IMG/VR virus record: IMGVR_UViG_3300046007_008377
Coordinates: 5,009 to 69,008 of that record
DNA length: 64,000 nt
Origin: a virus
Direction: 5' to 3' (one strand)
The notes under the pieces were generated by a model. It ran no database searches, had not been told where the DNA came from, and worked only from the letters and a program-made list of their open reading frames with translations. Position numbers and translations under genes: made by a program. Shown piece after piece: positions 9,601 through 17,300 of this stretch. How positions within the stretch are numbered: position 1 is the stretch's first letter; each line of letters begins with the position of its first letter.

Positions 9601-10819
9601 ACAAAAAGTAGAACAACTAAGAGCCGACGAGCAAGCTGAATTAAAAGCTGCTTTTCCAAACGCGGAATTAAACGAAGAAGGAAAAATTGATAAAGAAAAA
9701 TTATCTACTGAAGACCAAGTAGAATTTAATAAAATTTACGATAAGTACGACAAGCCAATTACTCGTTTATTAGAAGCTGAAAGTAAAAAACCTTCTCAAG
9801 AACAAGAAACAAGCTCGGAGCAAAAAATAGCCGAAATAGAGAAAAAAAGGGTTGAAACAGAAGCTAAAATTAAAAGAAAAGATTTATTTACAGGAGTAGG
9901 TGAATTTTCTACTGAATTAGGAGACAGCGATAAAGCAGCGGTTCCGGTTTCTCGCAATGAAACAAAAGGAATTGAATTTGTTGAATATGCACACCCCGAC
10001 ACAGGAAGTATAGATGTAATTGTTTCAGGAAAATCAGATAATGATTTTGTTGGATTTTATAGACTTTATGAAAATGGAAAACCTACAAACAAATGGAGTT
10101 CTAAGTTTGAAAACAAATCAAGAAACAAAGAAGATTTTAAAACAATGATTTCTGGCGTTCAGGAATTATTACCTGAAGGACATCAATACACGGAAAAAAC
10201 AAGCATATCTACTGACGGTTTAAGAGTTTGGAATCAGCAATTAAATAAAGGATATGAGTTACAATATGACGCAAATGGAAATATTGTAACAAATACTGTA
10301 GCTATAAATGGAGATGCTATAGTTAATGAATTAGGAGTTGACGTTAATAAAGGCAATTTTGAAAACATAAAAATAACAAAAGAGCAATTTGAAACAGTTA
10401 AGAAAGCTCTACTTCCGTATTTAGAAAAGTTAGGTTTAAATGAAAGTAACATAAGGTATTCAGGAGAAAAAGTAACTGCACCAGGAGCTAAGGCTAGCGT
10501 ACAAATAGACTTGCCTATATTGGTAAAATCTGCAAAAGGTAAAACTCAAGCCGAAGCAACTTCGTCAAAAAGTGGCGATGTTGGCGTTGCAAAAGCAACT
10601 GAGACTACAGAAGATTCAACATCTAACAAGTTCGAAAAATCATTAACTTTGCTAAAAGAAATTAACGCCAAGCAAGGAGTAGATGCTCGAAATGCAAAAA
10701 GAGAGCGTAATGAATTTTTAAAAGAGAATCCAACTATAAAATACATTGATGATAATTACAAAAACATCATAAAACAACTTGAAAAACAAGGTTTATTTAA
10801 ACAACTAAAAGATTGCTAA
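6689..10819 (+). CDS. Large putative ejected polyvalent protein
   Basis: 1376 aa; Gly/Ala-rich hydrophobic stretches (AIEGGTE...AGGLMGG), coiled coils, possible GNAT-like C-terminal insert. Confidence 0.55.
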   Translation: MLQPKPKFTPPSDAVVVESESSFVPPSDAIEIKKKEPAESTSTTPEKNLESVQKVGSSDIIGSDGVSRLKPDLKTAEQSANPPKSKVDQTKSIKKFEGLIPDKTKGFYQKGEENVGNKAYIDSGFKNKTEYVVENNQLAPKTKTTYVSEATKNLKANYAKEVGRKSISEYDPNLTEENLQREKEQSGVLNTLGKVGKYVLNATGESLSALNEAFGGDEGYFTIDQYKPLQDQKTQAKSELQREGLPITEEAIQKRAEDIFRKEDRIQQIQKRVDANLPEDYDREGIWKELKLDNLKNNDKLRSAVATIDINKKQIDDFNKYAAYINSLPKEKVTQEKVDKYNKLLADAQDSSESLEYYKKSFPKLLKEVKSSDELLDVMKFNYDDYEKAYSNITGLGKTIAMGSLKLAGETANYTDQLLGREGGDIGYRQEIIDVANEELDKNRQDKEQFIRYKAKDISSFSDGGSFMAQLGTEQLPVYATLLLAPEIGLPLLGTGTAGEQFRNMEVEEMQPFAKQTTFGQKLATAYLYGSAETLFERLGTVGILKNIEKSIARASNASRRLIYEGAAKESTKLAKRLGLNTAIEGGTEYLTAEAQIGADRYVSGKNISSQQANERRFESTVAGGLMGGSMTLVGGVWGSIAQNAKLYSENKDIKETKAILSQIDLLSNELKNNPNLTTEDKKIIYDKMNDLTNKSFDIVIKNSEKGKNFSAKENQFLVDINVKQDQLKQKFEELKNSNISKEQKELLTTDLNNQYKQLEKDRNSTLKGEFETIPDIRKIITFQKKEEDNLKDDEAPINKNKLQPELGLQEETIATAQLQEVAIPDWLRQEYDDRLKQYKENISTAKKYLEEEKAKGFFSRSKSEIKYYEDDVKFNEDKVKLLTENPVEFYKQQLKSVKESHEERLNYDSTYKQDLIDRFGTTDFNITYSDAIDNINGKIRDYESVQKTANENAQIKAEEFKQPTQEQTNEQKVEQLRADEQAELKAAFPNAELNEEGKIDKEKLSTEDQVEFNKIYDKYDKPITRLLEAESKKPSQEQETSSEQKIAEIEKKRVETEAKIKRKDLFTGVGEFSTELGDSDKAAVPVSRNETKGIEFVEYAHPDTGSIDVIVSGKSDNDFVGFYRLYENGKPTNKWSSKFENKSRNKEDFKTMISGVQELLPEGHQYTEKTSISTDGLRVWNQQLNKGYELQYDANGNIVTNTVAINGDAIVNELGVDVNKGNFENIKITKEQFETVKKALLPYLEKLGLNESNIRYSGEKVTAPGAKASVQIDLPILVKSAKGKTQAEATSSKSGDVGVAKATETTEDSTSNKFEKSLTLLKEINAKQGVDARNAKRERNEFLKENPTIKYIDDNYKNIIKQLEKQGLFKQLKDC

Positions 10820-10820
10820 A

Positions 10821-11315
10821 ATGAAATTAGAAACGTTAAGTCCAGAAATAGTAAAATTGCTTACTAACAGATTGTCAAATGAGTATTCTGCTCAGTATTT
10901 GTATCAACACTTAGCAAATTGGTGTGAAAATGAAGGCTATTTAGTTGCTTCTGAGTTTTTCAAAAACGAAAGCAATGATGAACTATCTCATGCTAAAAAA
11001 ATTCAAAAGTTTATGACTGACTGGAATGTTCTTCCAGTTTTGCCAATTATACAATCTCCAAAAGCAGAAATTTCAGTATTGGCTGATTGTATAAATTCAG
11101 CCTATGCTGCTGAATTGGAATTATACGAACTTTACGAGGAAACTTCTAACAAAATTTTGAAAATTGGAGATACTTGTGTTTTTGATTTTCTTATGTTTTT
11201 CAGAGATGTTCAGCAAAAAAGCGTTGCTGAATATGCTACAAAATTAAATATGCTAAACGGTATTGACGTTAACAATAAATTCCAAATGCTTTCTATTGAA
11301 AAGAAACTTTTTTAA
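10821..11315 (+). CDS. Ferritin-like protein (non-haem ferritin family)
   Basis: 164 aa; NEYSAQYLY, FFKNESNDELSHAKK, AYAAELELY, FLMFFRDVQ align with four-helix ferritin ferroxidase motifs. Confidence 0.85.
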   Translation: MKLETLSPEIVKLLTNRLSNEYSAQYLYQHLANWCENEGYLVASEFFKNESNDELSHAKKIQKFMTDWNVLPVLPIIQSPKAEISVLADCINSAYAAELELYELYEETSNKILKIGDTCVFDFLMFFRDVQQKSVAEYATKLNMLNGIDVNNKFQMLSIEKKLF

Positions 11316-11324
11316 AAAATTATT

Positions 11325-14300
11325 ATGGCAGTACCTTGTATAGAGTATAAAGGAAAAAAATATAGTTACGCTGAATTTGCTACTTTGCTACATGATGGAG
11401 AATTGGCAAATTTAGTAAATGATGGCGTTTTAAAAGGTTTCGAAGATATTCCTAGCGAATTAAAAATTGTCAGAGATGAAGCAGTACCGGCAAGAAATAC
11501 TCCTGCTAATGAAAACGTTCAACCTAGAGTTGAGCCATTGGGAAAAGTACGAAATGTCGAGCAACAAAACGCTCCAAAAGAAAACGTACAACCCGCCAAT
11601 GACGTTAGAGCAAGTGAAGTTACTAATGAAGTAACATTAGATGATATTCAAAATTTTATTAATGAAACATATTTAAACGATGAAAAAGGCAGCCCAACAG
11701 CCAAAGCCGACCAAGGAGCAATTGAAGATAGTAATGAAAAAAATCGCGCAATCCCTATTGTTGAAAAAGGCAAAAAACAAGTAAAAGTTACTAAAGAAGG
11801 CAAAGTTTCTATGCAAGGAAGAAAATCCTTAGCTAAAAGACAATTTAAAGGTGATAGAAAAACGGCTTCTGAAATTGATCCTACAGACGCTACATCTTTG
11901 GCTTTACAATATTTTGTAAACGGAGGTAAAGTAGCAAGTGATTATTTTGCTAAAAAATCAGAGCGTCAAGCTAGAACTAATGGACTTAATGGAATTGCTT
12001 CTAAAGAAGCGAAAACAGCCAAAGGACGGAAAGCAACAATTGACGAAATTGCTCACGATATTTGGGAGTCGGCAGAAAACGAGAAATTAAATATTGACAG
12101 CCGAGATATTAAAAACGCAGTTGAAGATGTAGTAAATGGAAATCTAACGGTTCAAAACGTAGTTGACAGTTTACTTAAAAGTTACAACGTAGAAAAAGAA
12201 GATTTAGCAGATTACGAAAGAAAATACGCAGAAGCGTTCCAAGAATATCAAGAGGAAGAACAAGACTATTCGGAAGAAAGTATTAAAAACATAGAGTCGT
12301 CATTAGATTATTTGTCTGACGCAGAAATTGTAGAACTTGCTAATTCTCAAGAAAAAAGTTTTGATGATTATATAAAAGACCTTGAAAGCCGACAAGTAAC
12401 GTATGATTTAGGACCGTTTATTTCTGAACAAGGAACTATACAACCTGATGGGTATATTTTATCTGAAGACGGAGAATTATTATCTCCAGAATCGGTTAGA
12501 AATGTCAAGCAAGTTAATCCTGGTGTCAAAGCGGTTGAAAAACTTAAAACTCCTGTAAGCAAAAAATCTCCTGAACTTATTGAGGTCAATAAACAATTAA
12601 AAGAAGCTCAAGAAAAAGAAAAAACAGCTAAAGATGCCTTGCTTAGAAAAATGGCTAAGTTGGACAACGAAGCAATAAAAGACAATCAAGATTTATTTGG
12701 TAAAAGAAAAAGCGAAGATGCTAATTTACTTTTTGACGAAAGAGTTGATTCTAATGCAAGAAATAAAGTTTTAGAAAAAGAGAAGGCAAGGCTAAATGAA
12801 ATTAGAGAAGAAATAAAAGCGCTAAAAGAGACCAAAGCTAAAATTGAAAGTGGCGAAACGGTTTCTACAAGCGAAATGGATTTTGAATCGCAAAAAAAAG
12901 TTAATACAGGAAACGTTGAAATTAACAAACAAATAGAAAATGGAAATATCACGCCAAAACAAGTCGATGAATTTGTCAATGATGACAGAAAAGCAGCAGA
13001 AATTGAACCAATTGTCAAGGCTGTTGAAAGCAAAGCAAAAAGCGACTCAAAAGTTGAACTCAAACAAGTCGTTGTTGATGTCGAAAATGAAATTAAACGA
13101 GAACCAGCCGATAGAAGAGATGATGGAAGAGTTCAAAAGTATTCAGGAAAATCTTTAGTTCAGCAAGAAAATAAAAGACCAGGAATTGTAGTCCAAGCAG
13201 AATCTAAAATGCCTCCTACAAAGAATTTTGTTTCTAGAAATTATGAAATTGACGAGGTTCAAAAACAAGGAGTTAATTCTGCATTGTCTTTATTTGAAAA
13301 CGGTGGAAAATCTTTCTTATTAGCAGATGGAACAGGAGTTGGAAAAACAAGACAAATACTTGTTACCGCAAAAGAATATCTTGACAAATTTGGAGGCAAA
13401 GTTTTAATTATAAGCGAAAACACAACTATTCTTACTAAGAACTTTGCTAATGACGCAAAGGCATTGGGTATAAATATGAATGAATTTGAGTTTGGTACTT
13501 ATAATGATTTACGAACAGGTAAAAAAGGTAAAGATAATTATGGTCTAGTTATTTACGACGAAGCTCACAATCTAAAAAATCAAGAGTCTGGAAAAGCTAT
13601 TGCAGCAGGAAATATAAAATCAAAAAACAACATGTATGTTACGGCTACTCCTATGGACACGATAGGTAGCGCTGTGTATTTTATATCAGAAGTTTCAGGA
13701 GTTACAGAAGAAGAGGCATATAGCATGCTTGGATTAAACGTAAAAAAGGAAAAAGATACGTTAACAGGGCAAGAAGTAAAAATAGTAACGCTTCAAGAAG
13801 GCGTTGCTCCTGCTGACATAAAAAGAAATATTGTTAAAATTCGCGAAGAAATAATATCTAAAGGAGCAATGCTTCGTAGAGAATATCCTTTTTATGGTGA
13901 ATTTGTAGAAGATAAAATTTCTCTTACAGAAGAACAAGCAGAAGAACAAGATGAAATTGAAAGTAATTGGGACGATAGAATAGAGGCTGAGAGCGTTAAT
14001 GATGATGGAAGGGTTAATTTTAGAAAAAAAATGAACCTTTCAGGACAAAAGTCTGGAGAGTTAAGCCGATGGAGCGAATCAACTAAAATTAAATATACTT
14101 TCAAAGAAGTTGTAAAGGCAATAAAAGAAGGCAAAAAAGTTGTTGTAATAGCTGAAGGAGTTAATGAAACTACAATTACTGCAATTGACAAAGTTGTTCC
14201 TGGATTCCTTTCTGAATTGTCAAAAATGCTTAAAGCAGAAGGATATAAAGTAGCTGAAATTTTTGGAAAATCAGATAAAGGTGAGGCTAATGATAAATTT

Positions 14301-17300
14301 CAATCTAATGAAGTTGATGTAGTTTTAGGAACTGCAAAATCCGCATCTACAGGAATTGACTTAGACGATCAAAACGGAAATGCTCCAAGAGTGTTATTTA
14401 TGGTTACACCTAACTACTCAGGAAATGTATTTCAACAAATATTAGGACGTGTATCACGAAGAAACACAAAATCACCTGCTCAAATAAGATTGTTGTTTAA
14501 CGAAAGCAATATTGACGCAAGAAGAAAGCAAATTGTAAACGGTAAATTACAAACATTAAAGGCTATTCAAGAAGGTGTTATTGACGATGAAATAGAAATT
14601 GACATTCAAGAAGCTCCTGCGCCTTCTGCTGAAGTAACTGTTAATTTAGAAGGCATAACTCTTGAAGACATTTCTGAAAAAGCATTTGCGGTAAAAGGAG
14701 ATAATACAAAATTTATAAAAGACGATATTAAAGCTCTTGGAGGCAGATATAATCCTAAATACGGTTGGATTTTTCCCAAGTCTAGAAAAGCAGAAGTTCA
14801 AGAAATGCTTAATAAACTTTCTGATAAAAACCAACCAAGCGAAGAGGCTAAAAAACTTTCAGATAAAGTTAGAAATCTTAAAATTGATTTAGGGAAAATG
14901 GGAGAAGGTGGCTTACAAAGCAATCCATTAGGTCTTCCAGTTGGTATTTGGAACGTTTCCATGGATATTATTGCTACTTCTATTGACGCAGGAATGGAAA
15001 TTGGCGAAGCGATAAAAAAAGCCATTGCTTATATTGAAAAAAACAACAAAGGAGTTTTTGATAAAATAAAATTTGCAAACGTCATTAATAATTCTTTAGC
15101 AAATAATAACATTATTTTAAACGAAACTACAAGTCTTGATTTAAAACAAAAAAAAATACGAGGACGTTTTTTAAATGAAGCACAAGCAAATAAATTACAA
15201 AAAGAAATAGAAAGTAAATACGTTACAGACAAGCCTATTGAACTTTTTTCAAAAGAAAAAGATGATATTAGAATGGCTCTGTTTAATTATGAAAATCCTA
15301 TAGCTGAAAAAAATTCTAATGGAGTTAACCTAAGAATTGCTACAGGATTAATAAGAACAAACGAAGAAGGTGTTAGAGAAAAAACATATTTACTTTATGC
15401 CGACGGAAAAATTGTCGGAGAGTTTTATTCTGTAGATGATGTAAAAAAAGTTATAAAGTTAATAGAAGATAATTTAGTTAAAGAAATTCCTGAGTTTAAC
15501 AGTCAACAAATCAAAGATAATGTAAACGCCGAAGTTGACAGAATTGCTCAAAAAGTAAAAGACCTTCTTCCTGGAATAAAAGACCCTGATTTAAAACTTC
15601 AAGGACTTTCTCAAGACGATTTAATTGATTTAGTGGCTAATGCTGTAAAAGCGTTGATTAGCAAAGGAATTGATATAAATGACGCAATTCAACAAGTAGT
15701 AGCATCTATAAAAGAAAGATTTAATGTAGATGTTGACCAAGACCTTGTAAAAGCAAAATTAAATATTACTAATATTCCTCAAGATTTTGAACGCGAACAA
15801 GGTAGAAAATCTGTTGCGGGCAGAATGGCTTCTGGGAATAGCGCCATAATTAAAAGAGCAATCGCCAACAATTCTCTTGATTACGAAATTGAAAATCAAA
15901 AAGAAGCTAAGGAAAAGGCAGATGCGTTTGTAGATGAAGTAGGTTTTAATAATGCTTTAATTGCTGTTAGAGACGGATTAGTTGACGGAGGACAAGGTGC
16001 TTTTATTTACGCAAGAGCAATTGAAATATTAGAGCAAGAAATAAACACTTTAAAAGGCGAAGACAAGCTTGATGCGGTTGCCGATTATATGAAATTACTC
16101 GATGAAATAGCTGTTGAATTAGACCTTCGTTCAAGAAAATACGGTCAATTTATTTCTGCATTAGCTAATATTTATTATTCATCTAAAGGTCGTTATAATC
16201 TTACCAAAATGGTTAAAGATTACAAGGCAGAAAATAAAGGCGTGATTAGCAAAGAAGTCCTAGAAAAACTTAAAAACGTAGAGGAAAAACTTAAAGAAAG
16301 CGAAGCTAAATTAGCCGAATTAGAAACTAAAAAACGTATTGAAGAAGAAAACGAAGCGTTTAATAATATTCTTGAATCAGTTGCTCGCAGAAAAGCAATT
16401 AACACAAACGCTAAGATAACCGACAAACAAAAATTAAAAGCGTTTGCTGACAAACTTCGTTCTTTTAAAATTTCAAATTTAGGCGGAACTAATGTAGCAA
16501 CTCCATATAGCGTTGTTTACGATTTAGCAATTGAAGCGGCAGCACAAGCACTTGAATTAACAGGAGCCGTTTCTGACGCCATAAAAGCAGGTGTTGAATC
16601 TATTCGAAAGGCTAATTTGTCAAAAGACGAACAGCAACAAGCCCTATCTGATTTGTTTGATTTATTTGATGATTCTGACGTTACTGAAAACACAAGTCAA
16701 AAAGGAATGATGTCGGTTAACGATGAAGGTATGTTACGTATTCCTCATTCGTTAATTAGAGAAAAAGTAGAAAACGGAATTGACAATATTGAAGATTTGG
16801 TTTCTGAATTAATGGCAGACGTAAAAGAATTGTTTCCTGATTCAGACTTTACAGAAAGACAAGTTCGAGATGCTGTTACTGGTTATGGTAAAATTTCAAA
16901 CCCTACTTCTGATGAAATAGAAAATCAAATTTCCATAATAAAATCAATTGGAAAAATTGCTTCTGGAATAGAAGATGCCAATAAAGGACAAAGACCATTG
17001 CGCTCAGGACAACAACGTAGAGAACCTACTATGAAAGAGCGTACTGAAATGAAGAAATTAAAGGCGCTGTTAAGAGATTTACCTTTAGCTGATGCTGATA
17101 TTACAAAAGCATATAAAACTGCCTTAGACGCTATTAAAAAACGTTTGTCAAATGAAATTGAAGAATTAGACGAGCAAATTGCTAAAGGAGAAAAAAGAAA
17201 AGGAGAAAAAAGCGTAATTGAGTACGATCAGGAAGCAAAAGACTTAAAAGCAATTCGTGATTCTAAAAAAGCAGAACTTGACGAACTTGTTGGTAAGCCA

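Noticed and set aside
10527-10646. Open +1 frame (KPKQLRQKVAMLALQKQLRLQKIQ) near the end of the 1376-aa gene
   Set aside because: No convincing upstream start codon; may be a relic or chance.
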